A stretch of 61,736 bases of DNA, filler included, from Choristocarpus tenellus KU-1152 (GCA_964200185.2; 7 parts of 7 records of this genome joined end to end with filler, not necessarily neighbours in it), one strand, 5' to 3'. Shown: positions 27,015-41,340, counted from the whole stretch's first letter. Notes: generated from the sequence alone by a model not told the origin. Translations and numbers: made by a program.

Positions 27015-29160
27015 ATGTCCAAGCGTGGTGAGTACATTGTTGGAGGCCTGAGATTTCATATCTCGCAGGAACTCGTTAAGGCGGGCTATGGCATTTTGGG
27101 TATGCATTATATACTGTGGCCTATCAACATAGTACAGGGTTCTCAGCATATTTATGGCACAGTATTTGTGAAGTGGGAATGATTAGAGAGTGAAGGAAAG
27201 AGAGGGGGGTGAGGGAGAGGGAGAGCGGGCGAGAAAGCTAGCTTATAAGTGACGTGTAGTCTTTGTTGTCCTGAGTTACTCTCTAAATTTGTCTCAATTT
27301 CGAAAGAGGAACACGAGTCAAGAGAAGTGGTGGTAATGTTAGGGACACCGAGGGATGGAGTTGCTGCTGATCCGTGGGATACTGAGAGTTAAATACCTTT
27401 CCATGGTGTACACATTGAGAATAACGCGAATGTGGGACTGGGCTCAGGGATCCACTCCTTGGTTCAATGTTGATTTTGGTGGTACACATTGAGACCTCAA
27501 CAAGAGAGTCTTGCAATCAGCCGAAAAGAACCTGTTTCTATGGCATAATCTTATTGTTAGTTGTTCGCGTTCATTTCAGTGAGTCGTTCTTCGTTGATGA
27601 AAATCTCCGTGCGTAACTATACACCTCCTCGCACGTCGCAGGACGCGCCGGTGCCCAAGGCAACAAGTACCGCATGACCCTCGGTCTGCCCGTGGCCGCG
27701 GTCATGAACTGCTGTGATAACAGCGGTGCCAAGAACTTGTACATCATCTCGGTGTGCGGGATCAAGGGTCGCCTGAACCGCCTACCTTCGGCCGGTAAGA
27801 GTAAGGAGGGATATTGGTTAATTCGATGTGTTGATGAACCCCTAAGCTCCGCTGATCAGGATAATGTGATGCTGAGCATTAATCTTTGAACCGTTTTCCT
27901 GTCTCGTATACAAATGAACTGACCTTAAGGCTATGTCAACCCCCCTCTCCGGTGCCTTTCGGCGCACAAACTTTTCCACATCAGGTGTCGGGGACATGGT
28001 CATGGCCACTGTGAAGAAGGGCAAGCCCGAGCTCCGTAAAAAGGGTGAGAGAACACGAAGAGAAGCTTCCCCTCCGAAGTGAATCTTTCGCCAGCAGCGA
28101 CAATCAAGATGATCACGATTGCAATTTATTAGGGCACTGTTAGCCTCCCCAGAAATCCCTAGAAACTCCCTGTTAATCACATTGTGATGATATTTTTCAT
28201 GAGGCTTGATAGTGAGCATTCAGCAACCTCAAAAGGGTATGCTAGGTTGAACTGTAGAAAAAGGTGAAATAAAACGTGATCGTGGATGTATGAAGGGCTC
28301 ACGACCTTAGGCACCCTCCACCGATCTGTTGCTGGAGACATGGATTAGAAGTCATGACCATTACTTAGTGTGACATACAACCATAAAGAAACACAAAGAG
28401 CTGTGGTGAGTAGAGACTGGAAAGTCAGACCCTCAATATATTTATTTCCCATTTGCTCTAGGAGATATTTGATTTGTCAACTGGTATGTTGTTGGGTTTC
28501 CAGTTGTATAAATACGGCAAAATAGGTTCCTCCTGTGTTAACTTGAAAAAGATTGCCCTTTTCGTCTACAAGGACTTGAAATAGGTGGTCCTTTTGTTTT
28601 ATGTATGTAATACACGTTTGTTTCAGTTATGCCTGCAGTGGTTGTCCGGCAGCGCAAAGCATGGAGAAGGAAGGATGGAGTGTTTATTTACTTTGAAGAT
28701 AATGGAGGCGTTATTGTCAACAACAAGGGCGAGATGAAGGGTGAGTTGATCGTGAAAAGCTAAAATATTTATGTATTACTTTCCCAACCTGGATCGATGT
28801 ACCAGTTTGGAAGAAGGCAGGCACTGACGTACAGTTTGACAATGATTGTCTGGTTCTTAATTTTCTGCGTGTGACAGTTTCTTGGGAGTAAGTGATAATT
28901 GAAATAAGTTTGGGCTAAAATGAACGCCTGTTAGAGTAGTGCCTGATACTTCATCTGTTGTTTTTTTCAACGCTCAAGTTGAATTGTCCTGCAACATGTT
29001 TTGGTTATCTAACCTTAACCTGCGTTGTGTGTTGATGTTTGATTTAAACTCTCTCGTCTTGCCTCCTGCAATAAAAGGTTCTGCCATCAACGGCCCTGTG
29101 GCCAAGGAATGCGCTGATCTGTGGCCCCGTATCGCCAGCAACTCGGGCTCCATTGTTTGA
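27015..29160 (+). CDS. RPL23: 60S ribosomal protein L23 (uL14); exons 27015-27027, 27642-27794, 27985-28044, 28627-28740, 29078-29160
   Basis: [38 protein letters not shown]...[40 protein letters not shown]...YFEDN...[23 protein letters not shown]. Confidence 0.97.
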
Positions 29161-30760
29161 TTCATTTTCTGCAAAGGCTCCCATTGTAGAGATCAATGCC
29201 TCAGTTTGATTCCCTTCTCTGTTGGGAGTCTGAACAGCTCAACCTGTTGCAGGTCATACAATTTTCCTCTAGTCAAGCAAGGGAGGGAATGAGCAGACAC
29301 AATTGGGGAGAGAGAGGGATGAGGTCCAAGCCCTTCCAGGGCTATCATGGGGACAACAAACTTAATCCAGGGATTTGAGGTTTCTCAAAAAGTGTTGAAT
29401 GACAAGACTTGCTCCTTCATGTCAAAGTTGGATCCTCTCGCCTACTTTCTTCCTGCTGCCTTCTTTGTGGGTATGATCCGTCTCATCTTATTATTCTCCC
29501 TATTGGACAAACCTTTCATTTTCCACACAGGGAGTGATACCATTGAAGAGGTCGTGTAGTAGATTTTCGAGGGACCCTGCGATGCCTTGTGGTGTATGTG
29601 CTGAACAATTTGGAGAACCTTCTCAGCTTTCAATTTCTTAGCAGCTATTCTACATCACACTGTCCCAACGGGTGTTAACTGCATTCCATACACCAGCATG
29701 GTGTACATTGCACAAAGTTCAAGTCCTCAAAACTCCAAGAGCACAAATCGATCCCCCCTGTGATGATTTCACTCGTATGGGTTTGCATTATGGCAACCGC
29801 CCTTGTAACTGTCTGGCGGTGCCTAAGCTGGGCTTACAACATGTCATCCACATATCGCTTCCTTGACTATGTGAGCACTGCAGCTGCTCCCTTCTTTACG
29901 ATTCTCTTTTAGAATGAGGTGCTGGGTTATTCTACACATTGTACATGAACAGAGGGCATATTGTGGAGATAGTAAACTACCTGGTCCAGAAGGATAAGAC
30001 TTTTAATATTGTAATATCGTACTGTTAATATTGTTAGATGCAGCCACAAGTCACCCTGAGACAAGGTCAGGGTACAGTCGCAGTTTGGGTCTGGACACAT
30101 AAACCTGTCTGACCCACAGCCTGGATGGGTTTCAATACTTAATGGACCTGGTCTGAACATGTTGGGAAATATTGGAACCTAGTCAGACAGGTTGGATTGG
30201 TGGACCTGGTTGGGGCAGTGGACTGGTCTCTTTGCGTTGGCCTGGCCAGATGAAAAATCCTGAAATTTAGAGTGTCCAAGTAATGAAATCTGGCATCGTC
30301 ACAAGTGCATTGATATCTGAAATTGGAGACACACTTGGGGGATCCTAGCATTAAATCATTTTATGCCTTATAGGCTGACACCTTCTGAGGTAAGGCTCCT
30401 TTTTGCTTCACAAAGAAATTGTACAAATATTTGTATATCAAGGTTAAAGGAGTGGTAAAGACATATTCATCATTTCTACCCAGAAAACTCAATGTTGAGG
30501 GATGATCTACAAATACTGATTCCTTGGTGTAACCTTTTTGGTTACCACTCCATCATCTACGAAACTTGAACAAACATTTGTCCGAATCACTTCCCCATGT
30601 GCGAGGTACAAATGATTCCCTCGAACGAATATGTTGGGATGAATGCCTCAACAATGATTTGTGCTTGTGAGCGGAAGTTGTACAAATCACAGTCTGTTGA
30701 TTCGTCAATATCTCACAAGTTTGTTGGAAGGTTTGTCCCACATGATTCTCAGAAATATGA

Positions 30761-30839
30761 GACCCAAAGTATCTGGGGGGGGGGAGGGGGGGGGGGGTCT
30801 ACGCCAGGGTGTCCATTTGGCCCAAAAACAGGAAAAGAG
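30761..30839 (+). mobile_element. MITE family B, left-end fragment at contig end
   Basis: GACCCAAAGTATCTG(G)n TCTACGCCAGGGTGTCCATTTGG, matching 44905, 31970 and the reverse of 50985-51068. Confidence 0.75.
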
Positions 30840-30939
30840 NNNNNNNNNNNNNNNNNNNNNNNNNNNNNNNNNNNNNNNNNNNNTTAATTAATTAANNNNN
30901 NNNNNNNNNNNNNNNNNNNNNNNNNNNNNNNNNNNNNNN
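30840..30939. other. Artificial contig-join spacer
   Basis: N44-TTAATTAATTAA-N44. Confidence 0.98.
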
Positions 30940-31394
30940 CCACCCCCCCCACGCACACGTACACGTACACGTACACGCACACAGAGCAGCAGGTTTTTGT
31001 GGCTGCATGTGGTTTGTGGACGGAGGGAGTGAAATGTCGTTTGATCCCTGCTTCATCAAGAAAGCCTCAAATTGTTTTAGATTTCATCATCATCATCATC
31101 ATCATTCCTTACACTTGAGCTTGTTGTAGGATTGGTTTTCCGTGACTCCAGTTCCCCTTGGGGTTTTGGTCTGCCTCTTTCTTCTCAAGGTGCTAATCGC
31201 TATGAGCGCTTCACGCTGTCCCAATTCTCGCACTACCAGTGGTTATGACTGCACTATTGCATTGCAAAAACATATCTTACCCCTGCACTTGTTGTTTTTT
31301 GTATTGCCTGGAATGAGGACTCGTGTCAAGTTTTAATTGACAGCTTTCATCTCATGGCACAATCCCCCCTCCCCCCCACGCCCCCGTCCAAAAG

Positions 31395-31593
31395 TACATT
31401 CCTCATCTATATGGTCATTCCCGTGCCAGCTGCTGCGCTGGGGGTCCTCTACCTGGGCAAGGACCTCTGGGCTCTTGTAACCGGTCAACCAATGCCAATT
31501 TTAGGCGGCAGTCCTTCACACCTGGGGCAGTCCCTGGGGGGAACAATTTTCGGCACATGCTTCTTTTTGATCACCCGTCGGCGTTACTTCTGA
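31395..31593 (+). CDS. Last exon of a rhomboid/PARL-like intramembrane protease-family protein
   Basis: TFLIYMVIPVPAAALGVLYLGKDLW...SHLGQSLGGTIFG..F resembles the C-terminal helices of PARL-like rhomboids. Upstream exons lie beyond the contig edge. Confidence 0.55.
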
Positions 31594-31969
31594 CCAGTGT
31601 GTAGTGAATACTGGGAGTAAAGAGCGAAGGGACAGACTTGTTTTATTGGTGGATCTACTTAGTCTGAACCTCCAGAACTTTCAACCACTTGGATGCTCAA
31701 GTCACTGCTTCATTCAGTCTGTGCACTCTGTGGCGTGAGTGCATAGTGTCTGCAAACCAGACGGTAGTTTCACCATGGCTGCTTTACACTCTAAGGTCTG
31801 TGTGGTGCTTGCTTGTGCTGCAGTGGGTATTCAGTTGTTCTTTTAATTGATGTGCTGTGTTTATAGTGTAATCAATACAGTGCTCTCAAAGGGGTGATCC
31901 CGGTAATTCCATAGCCGCTGTTACTGTGTTGCTTGAAGTGTGCTATGTTTTCTGCTTCGACAGAAACTC

Positions 31970-32127
31970 TGGGTTCTACACCAGGGTGCCCATTTGGGTC
32001 AAAATCAGAAAAGGTGCACTTACATTATCCATCCTATGTATGCAACCAAACCACAAAAAATTCGCGATATAAAAAAATCGGTCCCAAATGGACAGCTGCC
32101 ACTCCCCCCCCCCAGATCCTTTGAGCC
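31970..32127 (+). mobile_element. MITE family B, near-complete copy (left terminus lost)
   Basis: Contains inverted CCATTTGG/CCAAATGG subterminal motifs and the right terminus CCCAGATCCTTTGAGCC. Confidence 0.7.
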
Positions 32128-34670
32128 AAATTGTCAACATAAGGTTAGAACCAACACTAGCACGAGTCAAGGATTCACTTTTCCGTTCTCTTGTGTATGC
32201 TCTTCTACAACCAGCAGCTTCTTCTCTTATCCCCACTCTGAGGCAGTGTTCATTGATGTGGAATGCATCATTCAGTTCGACTCATACCACATGTCCCTTT
32301 TGATTTTCTTGAAAGGTGAAGACCTTGACCAAAGCAAACACATTTCTTGAACAGCCGTGCTTGATCAACATGTATGGTATGCTTGGATAATAGAAAAAAA
32401 CAAGGAAGGCGGTGCATTTGTACGTATCTACTTCGGAGTACTTACGTTATGTGCATCGCATCACTAGCCTTGGCTTGTTGCCTGGAGGTGGTTGCAGACC
32501 TACTCACTGCAGTGGCAATTGTTTTCATGTTTGTAATCGTATCACAGACTTGGAACATACATACCATGCATAGGGTGGCAACAGCGGCACTAGGCAAGGA
32601 AAGCAAAACGGAAGTTATGCATCATGTCATACGCCATCTTGTCTTCTCCATTGACAACCTGAAAACATTTCAAGAATTAGCCTGAACGTAGTCTGTTTTG
32701 AATGTAGCCCCACTGCAAGTAAACAGTAACGAATATGTGGGGTGAGTAGCTTGTAGATCCAGTACAAATTAGACAGTTGAAAGTTTTAATATTAATAGTA
32801 TCATGACCACAGCACTGTCCCCTTACTTGACCTGTGATCCCTCCTGTGAGTGAGACACACTACAAGAATGTCTCGAAGGCACTGGACAATACAGGCCTCA
32901 GGAGGGTTGACATTTCAGCAACGGTGGCTTGGATCACAACTCAAATCGCCTCTAGAATCCGCCATAGATCAAAGTAAGTTCGTCAAGTTGTCATGCATCA
33001 GGATGTCACAGGTGCGTAGTTGGAGGTTCTGTTCTAGCAGTGTAAGCAGGAGGTGACAAAGTCAAGACATAATTTATATGTGTCTCTTTGAAGAATTTGA
33101 ATTATGAATGTGAGGGTGAAACGGTGAATGTACCTTGTACCTTGGCTGCCGGGTTGTGCTTATTGTTGAAAACACGGCTTCTTTTCCCAAGTTGTGCGCC
33201 CTGCTCTAATTTCAAGTGCCTCCTTTGCCTGGGATTACGCTCTCATTTCTCTCTCTCCCTCTCTCTAACTGTAGTTTGTAATAAATGTGAAGGTTCCCCA
33301 CAAGTAACAGTGCATTTTCTTGTTTCCCTTTGGTACACAAGTGTTGGTGTTACCATGTAAGTGGCAGGTTGGGATCATTTCCCCTTGGTTGCAATTCTTC
33401 ATTCAGTTGGATTAATACAAGAAGTCGTTCGAGACTCGCGCCTGCCTTGAGTCTAAGTGGGCTGGGCAGGAGGGAAGTACACGGTAGACGATGGGGTTTG
33501 TGTAATGAATGGGGCAATAACAAGAATGACTGGAGGATTTTGCAAGTGTCTGTGCAGGATGGAATGGACCAAAGTACGGTGTAAGGTGTCCCTATGTGTT
33601 GTGCAAGACTCCAAGGTGTAACACTGTAATGGAAAGTAGCCACAAAGGAAACATACACTGAGAGAGAGAGAAACACAAATGAGATGTGGGGGTCAACATG
33701 TGCTCAGCCATTGTCCACACTATACATAATGCCTTCCCAGAAATCACCATACAGGGTAGAGGTGCTGGGATATACTCCACTGAGTTGTGCATTTCCACCA
33801 TCGCTACTACTGCCCATGAGCAAGCTCTCTATCCAACAAAAGCAGACAAGTGAAGACATCATGCACTTGATGACTACTTTCACACTGTAAGGTCGTCTGT
33901 ATCACCTTACTACATACAGAGTCTGTCTCAAGTCAATGCAGCTGTGATCACCCCCATTAAGCTGCTCAACTGGAACAAAAGCTCAGTCTTTGAAAGATGC
34001 TTTGTAGAGAAGAACAAGACCAGAACGGTCCGTGTCACCCAACACATGACCAGTTGATCTGTGCTGACTCAACATACAGGATCAATCTGCGCCAGCTGCG
34101 GAGCCCGAGAGCGACAGAGAAGGAAAAAGGTTTTGGGGAAGTGCTTGCTCAGCACAAGACTTGGTTGCGTGCCAAAGAGAGCCGAGAAGCTCGAGATCCA
34201 GTCTGTTGAAGAATGGGTTCATTCCAGTCCTGCACCCATCTGCATGCAGAGAGTACAAATCACATCAATTGCATTATTGATGGAATTTGTGCAGTTTGTA
34301 CGGGTTACGATGAGGGACAGTGTTACTTGCTTGTTATGTCCAGAGACTTCAACAAATATTAGAGACTTACAGTTGGGACAATGACAACTGGATGGCACTA
34401 GTTGAGGGCTGGTGAGTGACGTAGTGTACTCCCAAAGTACCGTATGCACACTATCAAGGTGGTTTGGGAATACTTGGACTAGAAAGGGTCAGGCGAGATT
34501 TTAGTTTCTGTATGGGAGCACTTTATGAGATGAGTGATGGATTATCTGGAGCTTTGCATCGGGGCTGGTATTTTGGATGCAATTTACAACAGGTTGCAAC
34601 ACAAGCATAGCTGAGGTGCATGAGGGTCGTGTGTGGTGGGTATCTAGTTCGTGTAAAGTCTCAGGTGGAC

Positions 34671-34925
34671 GAGCCAAAGTATCTTAGAGGGTAGAGTCGC
34701 GTCCATTTAGGGACCAAAATCCAATGTTACGATGATGTAATTTTGGCTATGGTGTTTATTATGAAGTGTCAATATCCATGTTCTGGACACACCTTTTCAT
34801 TATGTATACACTTTCCCTTCCCCGAAAATATTGGATTAGGAAAATGTCATAAAAGAACCCATGGGAAGTCAAGCCCCAAATGGACAAACAGGAAAAAGCT
34901 CGTACCCTCTAAGATAGTTTCACTC
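34671..34925 (-). mobile_element. MITE family A copy 2 (inverted), flanked by a GGAC direct repeat
   Basis: GGAC|GAGCCAAAGTATCTTAGAGGGTA...TACCCTCTAAGATAGTTTCACTC|GGAC. Confidence 0.87.
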
Positions 34926-36948
34926 GGACACCATTATCTAGGTCACAATCACAAAGCAAGACAACCTGGACCAGTGCACTCACACAGCACATCCATTCAC
35001 CTACATTGAGTAAGAAGGAATGCCGTTGGTGAGGCACAGAGGAAGCCCTTGAGAGCTTGTTCAGTGGGCATCCTGTGTCCAGGACCACATCATCAAGCTT
35101 GCATTCTGTTCATGCACACGAAATCTCTTGCAGGCAGGGAGCTTGGACTTACTGGCCCATCTCTGGGGCTGCCGTGGGTATCATAGGCTACATTTCCTGT
35201 CTTTCAGGATGTGCCACCCGCTCGTATTCTGCTGAGAGGTAACATGCGTGGGAACACAAATTAAGTACTTCTAGGGTGAGTTGGTTTGAGGTACTCCCAT
35301 TAGTTCTAGATAATGGTGCGTGAATTACCGCATGGTAGAGCTCTAGATCAGGTATCGTCATCGAAGGCTGGAAGTTTCAAAAAAGCTCAGAATCAAAAGT
35401 CTGGCATGAGGTAGAACATCTTCCCCCAAGGATCCAAGGATTGTGTCCAATGGGCATGCATACTGGGGGACAAGAGATTAGGAGCAAGAGGTTTAAGGAG
35501 TGATATGGACTAGAAGAGGAGTAGAGAGGGCCTCCAGACGTCCCACAACCTAGGTCTCAGACCAATTTGTCATCTATATTCCAAATTGAATAATGCAATA
35601 TACTATGCTAGTATAAGAGCTATACTGTGTATGTTTATTATGATCCATACCCGTTTGTACTTGACGCAAAACAGTTTTTAAAATATCGTCTAGGGGTCCA
35701 TAAACATAGATAATTATATCAATTTGAAAGCGTCTTGTGTTGTGGAGGTCTCTGGTCAATGAAAAGGAAACGATTCATAGAGGCCAAACATACAGCAATA
35801 ATCCAACCCTGTCAAGAGACACCCTTATTCCTCTGCCCACTTGCACAGTATGCAACTCATTTAACAGAAGTCAGTCCAACCTGCAACCTGCATGATTCTA
35901 AAAATGCCTCACATATGCCTGGAGGTCCTTGTAGCTTTTCGGTGCTTGACGGTGCTCATTGCCCTCCAATTGTTAGGTCAATGTTCTTGCCCTGGCAATG
36001 ACTAAACAGATATAAGAGGTTTAGGAAGTGGGGGGTGGAAGGATGAGTTAGGGGGAATGAAGAGTGCATTGCCTTGCAGACTAAGCTTGATCAAACTGCC
36101 AGCATCTTCCCTTTCTGGATTTTCACACTTGTTTTCCTCTTCCCCTCCTAACTCTCCCCTCTTGACCAACAAAACAGCACATGCCGATGAGCTAAATTCA
36201 CCACAGTCTTCAACATGCACCGTACCATGAGTTACTCACTTGTGCCTGAGGGAAGATTTGGCTCTGTAGTACCGTCTATGCAAGTTTTATCAATCAAAGT
36301 GCCTTCCAGGCAAAGAGCTTGGACTTACTGTCCCATCTCTTGGGCTGCCGTAGGTGGCACAAGCTAGCACTGTAGCCAATTAACTCATACCACCCGCTCA
36401 TGTCCTGATGGGAGGTAACACATATGGCACACGTGGTGGAAATAGAGTACTTGTGGAATGAGCTGGTTGGAGTGCCTACAAATGGTCCCAGAGACTGGAA
36501 CAGTAATTGAAATAAGGCATTATACAGATCTACCTTGACCGCCATTTCCAAAGGTGCCAAGAAAGGGGGAGTAGAATTGTTAGCAACTCATACCCAGAAT
36601 GGGATGAAAATGCCACTCATAGGAGGCACTGCTTTGTGGAAAAAAAAGGAGGAATTATGCCAGTACAGGCAGGAGATAGTAGGCAGGGCATTTGATAGCT
36701 GTACAGACAAGAATTGGGGGCAGCACAAATCCAAAATAATCAGTTACAGGGAGAGTTACAGGAGCAACAAGTGTACATTTCAAGTGGCGGTATACAGATC
36801 CACAAACGCGAACAGAATGCTCCACACATCACAGCAAGAAGATGTAGGTATTCTTTTACTGTTCACAAACGAGGGTGAAACAATTGATGTCCTGCATCAA
36901 CACGTTCAAAGCAATGCATCAAGGTAGACTCTCAGTCCCTTGCCCAAG

Positions 36949-37220
36949 GGGTGAAAGTACCTTAGAGGGTACGACTTTTGCCCTGTTTTGCCCTGTTTGT
37001 CCGTTTGGGGCTTGACTTCCTACGGTTTTAAAAAAAATGACATTTTACTACTCTGAATTGTTTCGGAGTAGGTAAAATGTATACATTATGAAAAGATGTG
37101 TCCGGAACAAGGATATTGACACTTACAGATAAACACGATAGCCAAAATTTCATCAAAATCACAACATTGGATTTTGGTCCCCAAACAGACGCGGCTCTAC
37201 CCTCTAAGATACTTTGACTC
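36949..37220 (+). mobile_element. MITE family A copy 3
   Basis: GGGTGAAAGTACCTTAGAGGGTA...TACCCTCTAAGATACTTTGACTC, with a small internal duplication of TTTTGCCCTG. Confidence 0.85.
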
Positions 37221-38699
37221 GCACTCTCCCTAGTTTAGGGTATAATTACCACACGTGCCTGGAGATACGTTTGGTTTTGCAGTGCTTGATGATGTGCAAT
37301 GGTCTCCAATTGCTGGGGGGGATGATCTTGCCCTGATCATGATGAAACAAGCATACGAAAGCAGGGTTAGAGATGGAATATCAGGGACATGTTGTACTAC
37401 ACTACACATTATTCTAAACTTGCTCAATAATACAATCAATTGAAAAATATCACGTGGTCTTGGGAAAGATGTCTTTCATACCCTATCTTAGGTTCCATCC
37501 TTGTCCCCTCCCACACACCCGACACCCCCGGGGAGGCAACGCCAATTTCAATTTATACATTGACACCAACCCTTGTGGTGAATCTTGCCTTCAGGTACTC
37601 ACCGGTGTCTGACAGTGGTTGGCCTGACAGGAAAACCAGCCCTACCAATCATGGAGTAAGCACATAGGACCCATGAGGAGAGGATAAGCTTGGGGAGGGG
37701 CTTCATATACTCTGTACCCTTCATAAATCTATCACTTCATTTCTTTTTTCAAAGTTCTTAATCACAATCAGCAATGAGTCAACGAGGTAGGGTGGCACCA
37801 GGATGCACTTGCCACAGCTGCTGGCCTCTAAATGCCCTTTCTCAAGTTCCATTGTCAATATTTCCCCCCCATCTCCCCCCACCACAGGCACAACCAATTT
37901 TTGTTGGGCAAAAGCAAACTTCTTGATGTCGAATATCCAAAATTGTGGCAGTTGCTCAAGCAGTCAATGGCCCGTGGCAAGCACCTTTGACAATGACATC
38001 TCTGTGTGACCACTAAACTGCATCTCTCAAAATAGAACTCGTTTCAAGTTCTGCTCTGCCTTGTCAAACTACTACAAGCTGTGCATGTTTGATCTTGTTA
38101 GACTTGATGCTGTAAACACTGTGCCTAATTTAACAACCCCGTAGGACACACAGCATGTCCAGTGGTCAGGGAAACCTTTGGTTTCTCCTCAATGACCTAT
38201 TAAATGGTGCACATCAAGCAAAGAAACTTCAAGCTTGGGCTAGTAGCTAGGTGGTCTGGGCACTACTTGACTAAGTAGGTCTCTACTTGAGTGAGTAGGT
38301 TTGTCTATTTTTCTTGATGCCTTAAGTCATATACCTCAAAATACTACCAAACAACAAAGGAGAAGGTATCCCTGCTGATGAAGGAGTAGACATGTAAAAT
38401 GTGGGGAGGAGGGTGAATGTGAAGGGTAGTATATATTGTGTGCATGTACCCTTGGACTAGAAGCATAACGTGTTGAGCTAAGGTCAGAACAACCCCAAAG
38501 GTTTTGTCAGGGTAACAACCACTCACCGGTGCCTGTTGTAAGGTTTGCCCATAACAACATCAGGGAGGACTAAGCGATTGCCCAGACCAGTAGTACAAAG
38601 TCCTGCCTCGTGCAACAGTCACACATGACAATAAAAGAGAGAGTTTGGACGCAATAAAAGTTTGTTCTATTGCGCTGTGAACCGATTGGAACTTGTGTA

Positions 38700-41340
38700 A
38701 AACAGAGGGGGTATGGATGATTTTGTGGCACATTGTTCATCAGAGGCTAAGGGTGGCTTATCTCAAAAGACCTCTTCGACCACTTCCCCTCACCTTCCCC
38801 GTCTGACTGGGATCACAGAGCCCTCTAGAGAACTACAACCAAAGTCAGCCCAGTGTTGGTCATATGTCCGGACCCCAGCCACTCACCAATTTCTGTCACT
38901 AGGTTCGCTTTGGCATCGCAATAGCCCATTATAAGTGGTGATTACCTTGATAAGAGGCTCACCAGCTCCTGCTTCCAGCAGACAAACAATACAAAGCAGG
39001 GGAGCGTGAAGCGTTGGTAGGAACAATATGTGTCATCCAGCTCTATGTACTCATGCAATGAATACAATTGACCTCGTTCCAATAGAATGTGAGGATGATG
39101 TCAGTGTAGGTGGACTGCACTCAATGTGACCGGTTCAGTCACCCTGCTTGGAATTTTGCATTGCTAGCTCCTATTAAACCTGACCAAGAGTAAAAGCACA
39201 CTGCAGTTCAATGAAATAAAAACTGCCCAAATCTGAAAAAGGACCTCCTGCTACCAGCCACTGACCTATGTATTGGACCACATTTGACTTTGCGTGTCCT
39301 TTCCTGATTGGCACCTTATCCTTACTCCTGTGGCAGCAGGACTAAGGCTTGCCCTGCTGGGAGATGCGAAGAAGTAGTGGCTTAGTTGGAATGGGTGCAT
39401 GGGGTATGGGCGAGGTTTACAAAGGAGACGAGAACTAAAATAATGTTCTGATACACGGTAGAAAGTTGTTCTAGAAGCTGGGATTGAGGACTAGAGCACA
39501 ATACATTGTTTCAAGCAAATAACCCAATTGCCGTAGGAAAATTATAAGAATATAGATCAAGGATATGTAGGCTACACATGCTTTAATACTGAATTTGCTT
39601 GGTAGAGCGAGCTCATGTCTGGTGGACTGTAATCCAGAACCAGATTCAAACATGTCCCTCCATACAAGGTCAACATCAAAATCTAAATCTAGAGGACAAA
39701 ATTCAGGGCTTAGTGAAATTGCGTGGGGAGGGAGGATTCAAGGTATAGCAAGCACCACCAACAGGACATTTGGCAGGGACAACCTTTGGTACTCAGAGAT
39801 CGGAGTCAAATTTAACATTTGTACCAACTCAAATCAAGCATCTCTCACCTTTTCAGGAAGCAAGGTTCTCTGTTGAGTACAGGCCAGTTTCTCCTCACAG
39901 CACTGCTACATTGACCTTTCCCCCCTACCCCCTTCGCCTAGCACACACTGGACTAACACTCTGCACTATGCAGAGCATTGTGAGCAATGATGCACATTTT
40001 GACACTCAGCATCCATCCACTTAGTCCCACGTCTTTTTTGTCAAGGAGAAATCCTCTGCAAGGGCGACTGGCTCCCCTGGCACTCATTGAAACTCATCAA
40101 AGCGCATTTTCCAGAGTGACCTATTCTCCTACTTCCCTGTACTCAACTGCTCTCAAATAAAGCTGTCCCCCCTACACGTCACTAACAGAGGATACAGGTG
40201 TTTGTCTCCTACCACAACCTGTCCTCTTCCTTGTCCAAAACAGAGCACAACTCATTCCCTCCAGCCCTCAATGGCCGCTGATCTACACAGACACATAACA
40301 GGGGTATCATATGCAGTGACGTCGGGCAGACACAGCAAATGTCTTGATCGGGTGGGTTGCCCCTTTCCTCCCTCTCCCTCTTTAACAAAATCATCACAGG
40401 CTTGAAGCTTTGGTGAGAACAACCAGAAAATATCAATCCCCTTCTACACCCTTTTAATATCTATTTATTTAGCTCGCCTGGATTCAACATGCCACCTCCC
40501 TGCACACACCCTGAAGTCTACCACTTAATGTGGAGACAACCTGTTTCATCTCCTTCTATAGTCCTTTTCCTTCTTCAACTGTCTGGAACTCACAGACCAC
40601 TCTCTTGCACCCCTCCCTAAGGCTCTCACCTAGGTGTGGGGAAAACTACTTCCAAACAAGAAGGGCCAGTGCATGCCTGCCCATCTCTCAACAAAACAAG
40701 TTTCAAATGCCTTCATTCCTGGAGGATTACAGCTACACACCCCACACCAAGCTGGTCATCACACGTTCTATGTACAACCACATAAGCAAATCTCCCACAT
40801 TGTGTTACATCGAGAACCCAGCATACTTCTGTAGCTCTCAACGCAACTAAAGCACACACACATTGTAGACATGAACACGCCTGCCCTCGTGTACAGACTC
40901 CTAGGTTCCCACCTTGACATCACAACAGCATGAAGTGAACACTAATGATCGCATGCAACTACCACACATGCAGACAGGCCAACCCTGCAAAGCACAGGGT
41001 CCAGGCAGGTGACCGTTTTTGTTGTGCCTCTATGTGTTACACATTGCCCGACGAGAGCAACATATACACGTGTCCCTGTTCTCTTACCACTACAAGACAG
41101 CTCCATGCTGGGGTTGGAAGATGGAATTTCATCCAGTCACAACCCCACCTATGCCATTATCGATCTGCCCACTCCCCCAGTTCTACCGTCATCTCAGTTA
41201 GCTCAGTATCACCTCCTTTTCACACAACGCAACAGATCAGGGCTTGTCGGGTGTATACTATGAACTATAGCCGATACATTTTACCCCTCACAAGCAACTT
41301 GCATTCAAACCTTCTACTCCCAAGGGAGGGTAGATAGTAT
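38700..41340 (+). mobile_element. Highly decayed non-LTR (LINE-like) reverse transcriptase relic
   Basis: Collinear degenerate RT motifs: SPISV (~38883, cf. RPISL), QG(fs)DWLP (~40058, cf. QGDPLSP), HITGVSYA(fs)DV (~40292-40323, cf. YADD), HLGV (~40627, cf. YLG). Many stops and frameshifts. Confidence 0.5.

Noticed and set aside
28695-28715. RPL23 reads EDNGG rather than the usual EDNAG
   Set aside because: It is a single conservative substitution in an otherwise intact gene.
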